A stretch of DNA of 64,000 nt. Source: Octopus sinensis. Its lineage: Eukaryota. A program made the position numbers and the translations under genes. The notes under the pieces were generated by a model. It was not told where the DNA came from. It did no database searches and worked only from the letters and a program-made list of their open reading frames with translations. The stretch is from the NCBI RefSeq assembly GCF_006345805.1, contig NC_043000.1, forward strand, positions 93,372,001-93,436,000. The letters run 5' to 3'. Shown in pieces: positions 26,261 through 39,688 of this stretch (within the stretch, counting starts at the first letter, position 1; each line of letters begins with the position of its first letter).

Positions 26261-26460
26261 TATAACGGGTAGCTTTATGAAAATAAACAAAAGACGAAGG
26301 CAGGTGGAATACAAACAAACAATTGTATTAGTATGGCGCTCAGAATATAAATAAAACAGTCTTTTACGTTTCGAGCCTACGCTCTTCAACAGAAAGATAC
26401 ACAGAAAAGAAACACGGAGAAAACAAGGAGAGAAAAAAATGCGTGTAGAGGCTAGCGAAT
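26261..26460 (-). mobile_element. HHR-like repeat family B (motif at 26361-26396)
   Basis: CUUU-CUGUUGA-A-GAGC(GUAG)GCUC-GAA-AC-GUA/AAAG. Confidence 0.7.
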
Positions 26461-26493
<33 letters not shown>

Positions 26494-26499
26494 TATATA

Positions 26500-26538
<39 letters not shown>

Positions 26539-26550
26539 GTATGTATATAT

Positions 26551-26581
<31 letters not shown>

Positions 26582-26609
26582 GGTGTTTGGATGATAGATC
26601 GCCATGATT

Positions 26610-26787
26610 GACGGTAGCCACTACACACATTTTTTTCTCTCCTTTTTCTTTCTGTGTTCCTTTCTGTGGAAGAGCGTACGCTCGAAACGTAAAAGACTTT
26701 TTCAATTCCCGAGCGTTTTACTAATACATCTGTTTGTTTTCTACACCACCTGTCTTTGTCTTTTGTTTTTTCATGAATCGTTCCCCG
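26610..26787 (+). mobile_element. HHR-like repeat family B (motif at 26660-26695)
   Basis: CUUU-CUGUGGA-A-GAGC(GUAC)GCUC-GAA-AC-GUA/AAAG. Confidence 0.7.
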
Positions 26788-26823
<36 letters not shown>

Positions 26824-27912
26824 GGGGGAGGGAGGTTACGTGTGAATCCAGTGAGTCTTTCCCCTGACACCGCTTTAAAACAAATGGTGCCTTTGTTTAT
26901 ATCCCATCGCATTAGCTGTCCAACATTCAGATATCGACAAGATAAATATCAGGCTTAAAATTAACAATAAGGGATCGTTATACTCAACCGCAAAATCCCT
27001 TTAAGGCGGTTCTCCATTATGGACGCCATCCAATGAGTGAAACAAGTAAACGAGTATATTTATTCCCCTACTCTTTTCACCTGATAGCTATAACTTTGAT
27101 TGTCATTGAGACTAAATATTAACCTTGCTGAAGACTGTGTCGATGGATTTAATTGCTTGGATACTATTGTTATATTTTAGCTGCAGTTTAGCGTCAGAGT
27201 TTAAAAAAAAGCTTCAGAAATTTATTTTTGTCAGAATGATTGTTTGTGTGTGTGCATATCTATGTATGTTGTATGTATGTATGTATGTATGTATGTATGT
27301 ATGTATGTATGTATGTATGTATGTATGTATGTATGTATGTATGCACGTATGTAATTATGTATGTATGTATGTACATATGTAATTATGTATGTATGTATGC
27401 ATGCATGTTTGTATATATAGATGTGTGTGTGTGTGTGTGCGTGCGCGTGTGTACGTATATATGGTATGAATTGCTTGAGAGAGAGAAGTCAGCCAGCTCG
27501 ACCAAACACCTCATTAAGATTATGCTTGAAAATTCTTAATAAATGATAATTTCAAAGAAAGAAAATGCCGAAATTATCTATCAGCAAGCTCCTTAACAGC
27601 TCCTTGGCAGTAGTGATCATTGCGATAACAAGAAGCTCATTGCTACGCTGGAAGAAAATTCGTTTGAAGTTTAACCAAGCTGAACGCTCTTTTAATGACG
27701 TTTTGATGGTGAAGTGCAGCTGTTTAAAAAAAAACAAAAAAAAACAAATGGTTTACGATTGTGGCCGGGCACTGTTTTAACAAAGAATAAGCTAAGAAAG
27801 TGTGCCAAGACTACACCTTGGCTTCGACGATAGCTGGTGCCATTTTTTGACATTGTGGGTGGTAGGTAGGATGAACTCGCCACCCAATTTCTTATAGTAT
27901 ATTTGACTGTAG

Positions 27913-28326
27913 TCTTTTACTCTTTACTCTTGTACTAATTTCAGTCATTTGATTGCGACCATGATGGAGCACCGCCTTTAGTCGAGCAAATCGGCCCCAG
28001 GAACTTATTCTTTGTAAGCCTAGTGCTTATTCTATCGGTCTCTTTTTGCCGAACCGCTAAGTTACGGGGACGTAAATACACCAGTATCGGTTGTCAAGCG
28101 ATGTTGGGGGGGGGGGACAAACATATACACACACACGTATATATATATATATATATATACATATATACGACGGGCTTCTTTCAGTTTCCGTCTGCCAAAT
28201 CCACTCACAAGGATTTAGTCGTTCCGAGGCTATAGTAGAAGACACTTGCCCAAGGTAACATGCAGTGGGACTGAACCCGGAACCATGTGGTTCGTAAGCA
28301 AGCTACTTACCACACAGCCACTCTTG
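27913..28326 (-). mobile_element. SINE S1, near full length
   Basis: Matches 47400-47851. Confidence 0.9.
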
Positions 28327-28507
28327 TATTGCAAATATTCAGATTAATCATCGCTCCTTTATCTACCAACGTCTTTTTTCTGTGTGGCACCTTGGGAAGT
28401 CTTCTACTCTAGCTTCGGGCCGTCCAAAGCCTTGTGAATGGATTTGGCTGACGGAAACAGAAAGAAGCCCGTCATATATATATATATATATATGTGTGTA
28501 TGTGGGG

Positions 28508-29161
28508 GGATTTTTTCCTTTTGAACGGCAGATGTCAACACAATTTCTAGTTAACTAAACACATTTAAAAACTTCGTATACTGGTAGAATGTGCTTATAA
28601 AACATCATTTTCTCTTGGTTTTATTGAGAAAATTCTATAGTTTGTAAGATATTTCGTCTGAAAATCCGAGCATTTCGGCAATTTTAACCAATCGATTACC
28701 TCCATTCAACTAAAATCATTTGCTGCGTCTAAAACTGAGACAACATCCAGTAAGTAACCCTAAACCTCCCTCCTAACCCTAACCCTAACCCTAATTTTTT
28801 TTTCTTAATTGTTAAATTAATTTAATTCCATTGCTTTAGTTTATTTTACACGTGTAACAATTAAATTAATTTAACAATTAAGAAAAAAAAATTTAGGGTT
28901 AGGGTTTGGGTTAGGGGGGAGGTTTAGGGTTAGTTACTGGATGTTGTCTCAGTTTTAGACGCAGCAAATGATTTTAGCTCAAAAGAGAGCATAGGATTGG
29001 TTAAAATTCGAAAAATTAAACTACGTTAAACAAACAAATTACAATTTTCTCAAGAAAGCCAAGAGAAAAAAATGTTTTATTTTGACACATTCTACCAGTA
29101 TACGAAGTTTTAAAGTGTTTAGTTAACTAGAAATTGTCTGCCGTTCAAAAGGAAAAGATCC
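28508..29161. mobile_element. Fold-back/MITE-like element with long inverted arms and telomere-type repeats
   Basis: GGATTTTTTCCTTTTGAACGGCAG...CTGCCGTTCAAAAGGAAAAGATCC. (CCCTAA)n at 28755-28794 and (TTAGGG)n-like at 28893-28933. Confidence 0.8.
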
Positions 29162-29411
29162 TTTGTGTGTGCGTGTGTGTGTGTGTGTGGGGGGGGGGGG
29201 TTGCTCCTTTGTTTCCCCCCTCCCCATCATCACTTGACAACCGGTATTGGTGAGTTGACGTCCCCATATCTTAACGGTTCGGCAAAGAGACTGATAAAAT
29301 AAGCACTAGGCTTGAAATAATTCCTTGGGTCGAATTGTTTGTCAAAAGCACTTCGTAGTGGTGTTCCAGCATGGTCGCAGTCAAATGACTGAAACAGTAA
29401 AAGAAAAGAAG

Positions 29412-29465
<54 letters not shown>

Positions 29466-29961
29466 CTAACGGTTCGGCAAAGTATCCGAGAGAATTAAGT
29501 GCCAGGTCTAAAAAAAGGTACTGGGTCGATTCATTCGACCAAAAATTCTTCAAGGAGGTTGCCCCAGTATGGCCGCAGCCTAGTGACTGAAACGAGTAAA
29601 AGATAAAAGAAAACAGAGATGTCCGAGTGAGATACCGGCTACATCGATCTGGACGGCCGCGAAGATGGTCATTATAAAAATTCGAAAAACTTTTTTACGT
29701 CATTAACCTTCGAACAACAGGAAAAGATTGCCAAAAAACAATTTTTTTTCTCATGAGTAAATTTTATACATATCTTCACTTTAAATGGACACAAAAGCAT
29801 AAAAATAATAAGGACAATTAAATCATTTGAACATAAATTCATTTGAGATCATCGAATTGTTGTTGTCAAAGGAATGTACACATTTTTTTCCATCCCGAAC
29901 TAGTTGAAGCATCACTTTCTTCTTAAGTGTCTAAAATCTAAGGCCTCAGGTCAATCTATAC

Positions 29962-30191
29962 CAGTCGTTCTCAAGTGGAGTTCACATGGTTCTTGGGAGT
30001 GCATATATGATTTTTTGTTGTTAAAATTGGTTATACAGTACACAAAATATTTTAACAATTTTCTTAATGCAATTCCTAATATTTAAGTATAAAAATATAA
30101 TGGGGCTTTTCTTTTAAGACATCGAATGTTTTTATCAGAGTAAAATAGGAATCAAAGGAGTCCATAGGCAAAAAATAGTTGAGAGCCTCTG
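29962..30191. mobile_element. hAT (Charlie-like) MITE
   Basis: CAGTCGTTCTCAA...TTGAGAGCCTCTG. Confidence 0.55.
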
Positions 30192-30195
30192 GTTT

Positions 30196-30314
30196 AGATC
30201 ATCATCATCGCCGTCATCGTTGTCGACATCATCGTCATCGTCGTCATCATCGTCATCGTCATCGTCGTCATCATCATCATCATCGTCATCATCGTCATCA
30301 TCACCATCATCGCC

Positions 30315-30373
<59 letters not shown>
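30196..30373. repeat. (CAT/CGT)n trinucleotide repeat
   Basis: Direct reading. Confidence 0.95.
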
Positions 30374-30374
<1 letters not shown>

Positions 30375-31438
30375 TACGTCAATTGATAACGAGGGAAATC
30401 AGAAAATTCTTCTTTATCGCTGCATAGATCTTCCGGTTGCGATTTGATTTCTCCTATCGGTAACGAGGGCCGCTTACGCTTAGGCGCACTTGACGAAATA
30501 GACCCTCGAGATTGTCAATTGATGATAGCCATAAAAGATTTGTAAAAGTTTTGAAACATCAATTGATGATGGCTGCTGCTATCTAATGAAGTATCAAGTG
30601 GTAACGTTCGCCGTTTTAAGGGTCGATATTGCTTCAGGTGGTGAGCTGGCACAATCGTTAGAAAAATCACCGGAAAAATTGCTTAGCAGCATCTCTCTCG
30701 GCTTTACGTACTAAGTTCAAATTCTACCGAGGCTGACTTTGCCTTTCACCCTTGCGGGATCGATGAAATAAGTACCAGTCGAGCCCTGAGGTCTATGTAA
30801 TCGACTTATTCCTCTCCTAATATTGCTGGTCGTGTACCAAAATTTTAAACCATTAATATTGCTTCTTCCAAACTAAACCAACGTCATAACATTACATTTT
30901 AAGACAAGTGTAGGGCCGTGAATTTATCAGAGTCGTTGCAGAGTAGGAAAATCTCTTGTGCTATTTCTTCTTATTGCTTACAGCCTATGTTCAAATCCCA
31001 GATCTTATTGAACTCAACTTAAGTTGATGCCATTTTTGACATTGTGGGTGGTGAGTAACCCGAACTCGCTGCCCGATTTAACGTCACAACTTTGTTTTAT
31101 TTTGGTTTCATTTAGCACATATTTGACTCTGTTGTAATTATTTGAATTTATCCTCTCTTTTCTACTTAGCCACGTTTTTTTCCCCCTGTCGAATAATTCT
31201 ATCCGAGTGGGATATTTACCACATCGATCTCACTGATGTAGGTGGGCCTACAAAGATAATGGACATACTTTAATGCAAAAATAATTGTTCACGTTTTATA
31301 AACTTCCGAAATATTCCAAAATCGATAAAATAAAATACCAATCAAGGCTAAGGGTGGTGGTACTGACTAACTCTTCCACCTCAAAACTATTGCCCTTATG
31401 CTTAAATTGGAAACAATTTTAAGACAAATGTTGTAGAG

Positions 31439-31783
31439 GAGGGGGTTCTCAGCCATTTCTTATCTATGGATCCCTTTGATTACTATTTAATTCTGGTGGA
31501 CCCCATAGCCATTTGATGTATAAAAACTGGGTTTTCAAGGGCTTCTTTCAAAATTTCCATTTTATTTTTCGCATATTAACTTGTGTAGGCTGAACTATGT
31601 AAAATGTTAGAGAAAAGACACCTAACTGTTTCTTGCAATACATACCAATACATACATCTAAAGCAAAACTTTTTCGGGGGCCCTTGAAGTACTATTGTAG
31701 ATCCCCAGTTTACTATTTTATTGAGTGGACCCCCCCACCTCCAAAATCTCAGGGTCCATATGGACCTTGGTTGAGAACCACTG
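31439..31783. mobile_element. hAT (Charlie-like) MITE with 8-bp TSD
   Basis: GGGGTTCTCAGCC...GGTTGAGAACCACTG. TTGTAGAG at 31431-31438 and 31784-31791. Confidence 0.85.
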
Positions 31784-32514
31784 TTGTAGAGAAACGAATG
31801 CATTCCAGGTGAGCCTACATTGGGTCCCGGATTTAGACCTCCTTCGGTACAATCTCACATTATCATACCCCCGTAAATGCATTGACAGTCGCAACATTAC
31901 ACCTCATAAATAAAGAGCTTTATGCTTAGTCAATTGGAATGAATATTTGAAAGAACAAATACAATGATTTTTATTTAGTCTATTTTAAGATTTTTATCAT
32001 AGACCGCAGATCAGAGCGGTGGCGGGCGGCGGCGGCAGCAAAAGCAGCGGCGGTGACAGCAAACATTATTTGTAGTGTTTAGTTTAAAGTTTCTTTACAT
32101 TTCGAGTTCAAATGCCACCGAGTTTGACTTTTGCTTTTATTCTTCCGGAGTCAACAGAATAAATCGCCAGTCAAAGGTATGGATAGATTTATTCAGCTGT
32201 TCGTCTGCCAAAATTTATGGCTGTGTAACTTAATCAAACGTCATTATTTTAGTTCAATATAGTCAACGGATCTCCGTCGCTTTCGACGATGATTATTCAT
32301 TTACTCAATCAGCCGAACACCACATTAAGTGCACTAACATCTAAACGTCTGAACAGTTCGCAGACTCCTAAACTCCAAGTACAATTTTCGGGCTGAATGA
32401 ACGCTGCACAGTGTGTGACAAAGCTGGTCATTTAATACAAACTTGCTGACCCTGTGGTTAGATGGCGATTTAATTAGAAAGAACCATCAAGTACAAAAAA
32501 ATTCATATGTATGT

Positions 32515-32547
<33 letters not shown>

Positions 32548-32566
32548 CTATATATATATATATATA

Positions 32567-32988
32567 GGTGTAAAAGTGACTGTATGGTGAGTAGCTTGCT
32601 TATGAACCATATAGTTCTGGGTCCAGTCCCACTGCGTGGCACCTTGGGCAAGTAGTGTCTTCTACTGTAGCCTCGGGCCAACCAAAACCTTGTGAGTGGA
32701 TTCGGTCGACAGAAACTGAAAGAAGCCCGTCGTATATATGTATATATATGTGTGTGTGTGTGTGTATGTGTGTATATGTTTGTGTGTCTGTGTTTGTCCT
32801 CCCCAATATCGCTTGACAACCGATGCTGGTGTGTTTACGTCCCCGTCACTTAACGGTTCAGCAAAAGAGACCGATAGAATAAGTACTAGGCTTACAAAGA
32901 ATAAGTCCTGGGGTCAATTTGTTCGACTAAGGGCGGTGCTCCAGCATGGCCACAGTTAAATGACTGAAACAAATAAAAGAGTAAAAGA

Positions 32989-32989
<1 letters not shown>
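32567..32989 (+). mobile_element. SINE S1, full length (further partials at 33040-33600)
   Basis: Matches 47400-47851. Confidence 0.9.
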
Positions 32990-33032
<43 letters not shown>

Positions 33033-33623
33033 TTTTTCTTTTATTCGCTTATTCTTTTATTTGTTTCAGTCATCTGACTGCGGCCACGCTGGAGCGCCAC
33101 CTTTTGTCAAATAAATCGACCCCAGGACTTTGTAATCCCAGTACTTATTGTATCGGTCTCTTTTGCCGAACCGCCAATTTACGGTAAACACAACAGCATC
33201 GGTTGTTAAGCGATGGTGGTGGGGGTGACATTATATATATAATGGCTGTATGGTAAGACGCTTGCTTCCCAACCATATGGATCTGGGTTCAGTCCCAATC
33301 TGCGGCACCTTGGGCAAATGTCTTCTATTATAGTCTCGGGCCGACCAAAGCCTTGTGAGTGGATTTGATAGGCAGAAACTGGAAGAAACCCGTCGTATAA
33401 ATGTATATATATTTGTATATATTTATGTGTGTGTGTTTGTGTTTGCGTGACTAGGTGGCAAAAAACTTGATTCTGAGCCACATGGTTCTGAGTTCAGTCA
33501 CACTGCATGTTACTTTGGGCAGGTGATTTCTGCTATAGCCACGGGCAGACTAAAGCTTTGTGAGTGGATTTGGTAGGCGGAAAGTGAAAGAAACCCGTCA
33601 TATATATAAAGAAAAGGAAGAGG

Positions 33624-33658
33624 AATTGACGTTTCGAGCGGAGCTCTTCATCAGAAAT
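33624..33658 (-). ncRNA. Minimal type I hammerhead motif (family A copy 3, 33608-33725)
   Basis: AUUU-CUGAUGA-A-GAGC(UCC)GCUC-GAA-AC-GUC/AAUU. Confidence 0.7.
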
Positions 33659-33960
33659 ATAGAAAGAGTCCAAAGAAGGGAAGACGGAGAAAGAAAATCG
33701 CTAACGATACACACGCAGTCACATATATGCATCTATGTGTGTTTCTTTGTGTCTATGTAATCCACCACCACCACCGCAGCTTGACAACTGGTGTTGGTGT
33801 GTTTACGTCTCTGTAACCTAGCGGTTCGGTTAGAGGGACCGATAGAATAAGTACCCAGCTCAGCAAAATATATGTAATGGAGTCGATTCACTCGACTGAA
33901 TATAGATATAAATATAAATATAAATATAAATATATATAAATAAATATATATCTATAAAAT

Positions 33961-34215
33961 ATATGGTACATTACTCGATAGTCAAGATAAAACTCTGAGT
34001 TTCAGATGCCGAAGTGGGAATCCACAACGTCATCTCTTCGGTATATATAGCCAGATACCGAAGAGATGACGTTGTGGATTCCCACTTCGGCATCTGAAAC
34101 TCAGAGTTTTATCTTGACTATCGAGTAATGTAACATATTATTTTATAGATAAATTTCCTCTATTTACGTAATATTGAGGTCTTTTCTTTCTTTTGTTATC
34201 TTACCGTTTTACCAA
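33961..34215. mobile_element. Family C (Penelope-like terminal repeat), head-to-head pair with 84-bp arms
   Basis: Arms at 33961-34044 and 34055-34138. Same sequence as 59397-59560. Confidence 0.75.
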
Positions 34216-34222
34216 TATATAT

Positions 34223-34264
<42 letters not shown>

Positions 34265-34265
34265 A

Positions 34266-34298
<33 letters not shown>

Positions 34299-34683
34299 GT
34301 AGATAGATAGATAGATAGATTAGATAGATATAGGGCCTATTTTGTTTGTACAATTCCATATTTAATTTATTTTGTTTGTATTCTCCCATTTTGTTGTGTT
34401 TCTTTACGTTACTGTCCCCAAGTCCCCAACATTCTTTAGCTATTCTCAGCAGCTTCTCGCCATCGGCGCCAACAAAAGTGAACAACATTTGTCGTCAAAG
34501 TCGTAAAATTGTGAGGGTCTTTTTGCCGATAGCTGACGAGGAATTTGCAACGTCCCGTCCCGTCTTGTGCGTGGATTTTCCTTCTTTCTTTTATTATGTT
34601 TCTGTTCAAATTTTGGAACTTCTTATTTTATGTAACGCTACGTACACTTCTTATTTTCTATCCATTCAGTTGTGTGCGTGTGC

Positions 34684-34739
<56 letters not shown>

Positions 34740-35364
34740 TGTGTGTGTGTGTGTGCGTGTGTGTTTGTATTATCAGAGATCGAAGAGATAATAGGACTAT
34801 AATCTGGTAAGATTTAGATTTTCGGAAGAATATGGATAGGGTTAACATTTATTTTTACAAAGTTTAGGTGTTAGTTGCTTTCCTCTCACCCGAAATATCT
34901 GGAAGCGGAATAATAAAACTGAACTGTTGAAATAAATAGGCAACCCTCCAAATTATCTGACAAAAATATTTCGTAGAAATAGTTGTTTGTTTATGTGATA
35001 TCTTCATTCGGAATTATATCTTCACACTCTTTACATTTTTAGTGTTGGGGTTTGTCGAGGGGCTCATGAAGGTTTGACACCTTTCATTCGCAATAACTTC
35101 TCCGTGTTTGTATCAGAAAGTAAAGTTAAAAATGAAAAAAATATAAAATAATAGATTAAGGAAAATAAAATAAAAAAGAAACCACTGATTTTTACGTTAC
35201 GAGATTGCCGTCTTATCTGATAGTTATAAAGAGAGGCCTAGAAGGAATGAAAACATAACTCATGTTATTGACTGGAATCTGATTCTAGCAATTCTAAAGA
35301 CACAGTCTTCAGTAACGTGATAGGAAAGTACTAACAACAACAACAACAATAATAGTAATACCTT

Positions 35365-36460
35365 CTAATTCTGGGACAAGGCCAGCAAATTTGAAGAGAG
35401 ACCGTAAGTCGATTATATCGATCTCGGTACTTCGCGGTACTTAATTTTATCGACCTCGAAAGGACGAAAGGCAAAGTTGACTTCAGTGATATTTGAACTT
35501 GGATTGTAAAGATTCGGAAGAAACGCTTCTAAGCATTTTGTCCGGCGTGCTAACGATTCTGTCAGCTCGCCGTTTGTGCACCAAAAATAATAACGATGGT
35601 CCCAAATTTTGGCACTAGATCATCAGTTTCGGTGGATGGGCTGATTGATTAGATCGAACCCAGTGGTACTTATTCTATCAACCCTGAAAGGATGAAAGAC
35701 AAAATCGACCTCGGTGGAATTTGAACTCAACGTAAATACAGTCGAAATACCTATTTCTTTACTACCCACAAGGGGCTAAACACAGAAGGGACAAACAAGG
35801 ACAGACAAAGGGATAAATCGATTATATCGACCCCAGTGCGTAACTGGTACTTGTTTTATCAACCCCAAAGGATGAAAGTGGACCTCGGCGGAATTTGAGC
35901 TCGGAACGTAGCGGCAGACTAAATACCGCTACGCATTTGCCCAGCTTGCTAACTTTTCTGCCAGCTCGCCGCCCTTTCAAAAACAATGATAAATATTGTT
36001 CCAAATTTAAATTTTGGCACAAGAATGGCAATTTCAGGAGGAGCAGGGTTAGTTGATTACATCGACGCCAGTACTTCACTCGTACTGTGTTTTATCGACC
36101 TCGAAAGGATTACAAAATTGTCAGAACGTTGCGTCGGATGAAATACCGCGAAACATTTTTTTGCAACATTCTAATATTTTGCCAGCTCACCGCCCTACCA
36201 ACAACGACGACGACGACAACGACAACAACAACAACAATCCTGTCTCCAGTAAGCACAAGGCCTGACATTTTGGGGGAGGGATAAGTCGAGATTTTGTGAG
36301 GAGGGATAAGTCGTAAATCGCTCAACTGGTACTTATTTCATCGAATCCAAAAAGATGAAAGGGAAAAGTCAACCTCGGCGGAATTTGAACTCAGAACATA
36401 AAGACGGACGAAATGCCGCTAAGCGCTTTCCCCGGCACAGTAACGATTCTGCCAGCTCGA
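35365..36460 (-). mobile_element. Cluster of about four S2 SINE copies in the same orientation
   Basis: Heads (…CAGCTCGCC on plus strand) near 35570, 35972, 36192 and 36460. Confidence 0.8.
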
Positions 36461-37377
36461 TAATAATTGTAATACTACTACTAATAATAATTGTTTGACC
36501 ATCAAACTGATGCCACTACACCCACCCTTTGAAAGTGCGGCCGAAGCTGATTGCTCTTAAGGACAACCATCAGGTAGCGATGGTCAGTCATCTCTGAAAC
36601 TTTAGCTCGATTTCAAACTGATGCACTACTCACCGGTGCGAGATCAATTTTCGACCCTTTATACAATGTGTCGCCATGAAGTTATAGATCAATATGTCTG
36701 GGGTCGAACAACTTCAAATGTGTCCAACTATTCTTCCGACGATAAAATCTCTTGGATGTGACCTTTGTCGAAATTCTCATATTCTGTGCTTGGTAGAATT
36801 ATGGGCCTAAATTTGTTAATTATGCCTCCTCGCCATTTTTGGAACTCCCTCAGCAATGCTAAAATCGCTCGGTTTGTACAATTAGAAATGCATCGAACCG
36901 AAATCCAAGGGGTGTCAGTGGACACGCTGGTTTGGCTTATTTCGTCTCGATTTTCATACACAAAGCCTACAAAAAAATAAAAAGAAGAAAAAATCACGTT
37001 CTGATGTACAGGAACATATCTAAAAGAAACGTATTTTGACCGTAATTACAGGTGTGCCTATGTTAAATTAATTCTAGCTTGGCAAGCCTCTGAACACAAC
37101 AGTAAATATTTTATTTAGTGTTCTGTATATACAGGAATGAAAGTTCCGACTTAGTTCCGCATAACTGAGGTTGTATCCACCACTGAAGAAGAAAAATCAT
37201 GACAGAACACCGTGTATGGTAGTCTACTGACGTCACTTGGTGCTCGGCTCAATGCGTTTTTACACAGTAAGCCTACAAAGAGAAATTTTTTGACACAAAA
37301 GCCTGCAATGTATATGTTCTACGTTGGTGTGTACAAGAACATCTGTGATCTGCAAACATATTTGTATATACTAACGA

Positions 37378-37411
<34 letters not shown>

Positions 37412-37531
37412 TACACACACATTTATACATACACACATACACTATACACTATACACTAACACACTTATATACATAAATATATTTACGCATGCACTTATGT
37501 ATGAATGCAAAGACAGACAGACAGATAGATC

Positions 37532-37621
<90 letters not shown>

Positions 37622-38941
37622 GGGAGAGCGGGAGAGAGAGATAGTAAACCAGATGAACACAAGTTTGATAAGTATATATATTTGCATGGAACACGATAAA
37701 TACAGAATAAAATATAAAGAAATTATGTAATGTCTTAATTCGACAGCTGTTTCAGGAAGCTCAGCGTTACGTAATTATTACAATTTGACGCTAGTGCGTG
37801 TAAAATGTCATGGGCATGAAACTGATGACGCGGAGTGCCTTTGTTGGAATAAGAAATTAGAATTAATCTTCAAACTCATTCGAGAACGATTGTTTTCTGT
37901 ATTGTACCGATCTGGTAGGACCCCATGTGGTTCTCTTGGAACACTTCATTTACTTAAATACCCATACTGAGAAGGTAAACGAGCGGAAGAGAATAAAATA
38001 TACTGAGCCTGGTGGAGTTATGACAAAATAATGAATGACAAGCAAGGTTTGAATACTATTGAGGTGGGATGCTGATGTTTTGCTGGTCAGTTCCCTCTGC
38101 GAAGCCGACAACATGCTGAGCAATAATGATGCCAGTAAATGTAAGGACTTCAAGTTGGATAAGGACGGAGTAGAGGTTGCCTTAAGGTGGCTGTGGATCA
38201 GATAATGTGAGCTTATGGAGGGGTTGTGTTACTTGAAGAAGTGCTAACTGGTCACAATAAAAAGCTTGATCAACCCTGGATAGGTCACATGAATGGGAGG
38301 GTCTGATTGTTGAATGACCTGAAGATCTATATACACAGAGTACGTTAGGGATAATGTATCCAACTATATCACAGGATGATGTAAGATAATGCGTGCATAT
38401 ATTTAAGTGCATATATATGATTATTTATATCATATATAATATAAAATAAATATTCATAATAAAAAACAATTGTCATTCTGTCGGTTACGACGAGTAGGGA
38501 TTTAGTTAACAGCCTACTCGTGATATTAATGTACAAGTGGCTGAGCCCTCCAATGACATACATATATATCAGGCAAGCTGGAAGAATTGTTACCGCGCCG
38601 GTTAAAGTGCTTTGCGGCATTTCTTTCGGTTATTTACGTTCTGAGTTAAAATGAGGCAGATGTCAACTTTGCTTGACATCTTTTCAAGAACGGCAAGTTA
38701 TCTTTTGAGTATCGGAGTTTAGGTAATCGACTAGCACTATCCGCTCAAAGATCTCAGGCCTTGTGTCAATAATAAAAAAGTGTATTATTATTATATATGG
38801 AATGCATAATATATATGCGATATATACACGTATATATATTTATATATCCTTATAAACACACATATAGGGTGTATATCGAATATACGATATACGATATATA
38901 TAGTGTGTATGTTTGTGTGTGTGTATATATATGTGTGGTAT

Positions 38942-39014
<73 letters not shown>

Positions 39015-39039
39015 ATATATTTATATATACATATATATA

Positions 39040-39609
39040 TTGGGTTGTTCAGAAAGTTCGTGATGATTTTTAAAGGAAGGAAAAAAGTCAATAAATACTT
39101 GCCATTACATTTTTAATCAACCAAATATGAACCATTTTGTCACACAATGCGTCTCCATCTTTCCTTTAACTTGAAAATACCCTCTTCCCAGAATTGAGGT
39201 GATTTCATGACAAAGAATTCATCAAGGTATCTTTTTACGTCATCCAAGGAATTGAAACTTTTACATTTAAGACTATTCTGCAGAGACCTTAATAAATGGA
39301 AATCCGAAGGAGCAACATCTGGTGAATATAGAGGGTGGGGTAACACATCCCAGCTGAGCTGCAGCAATTTTTGTTTGGTTTCCCAAAGCATCAAGTGCTG
39401 AAAATGAACTTCTTTTTTACCTTCCATTTTAAAGGATTAGAGAATTAACACAGGTTATAGGAACATAAACCTTCTTCCACGAAAAGATAGCTTAAACTCG
39501 GCTCTAAATGGAGGTGTAGTCAAATCCTATTTTATGGACTCAACCATGTTCTAAAATAAGTGGAAAGGTAAGCTACTATAAATCGGCACGAACGTTCCGG
39601 ACAACTCAA
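39040..39609 (-). mobile_element. Internally deleted mariner retaining the C-terminal transposase
   Basis: TIRs TTGGGTTGTTCAGAAAGTTCGTG and CACGAACGTTCCGGACAACTCAA, TA flanks, and VLPHPLYSPDVAPSDFHLLRSLQ. Confidence 0.9.
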
Positions 39610-39625
39610 TATATAAATAATATAC

Positions 39626-39688
<63 letters not shown>

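Noticed and set aside
37738-37830. CTGAAACAGCTGTC on the minus strand (like family I) and CTGATGA on the plus strand
   Set aside because: The two halves are on opposite strands and no matching core precedes the GAAAC segment.
38000-38330. Possible ancient RTE coding remnant
   Set aside because: It is too degenerate to align by eye.
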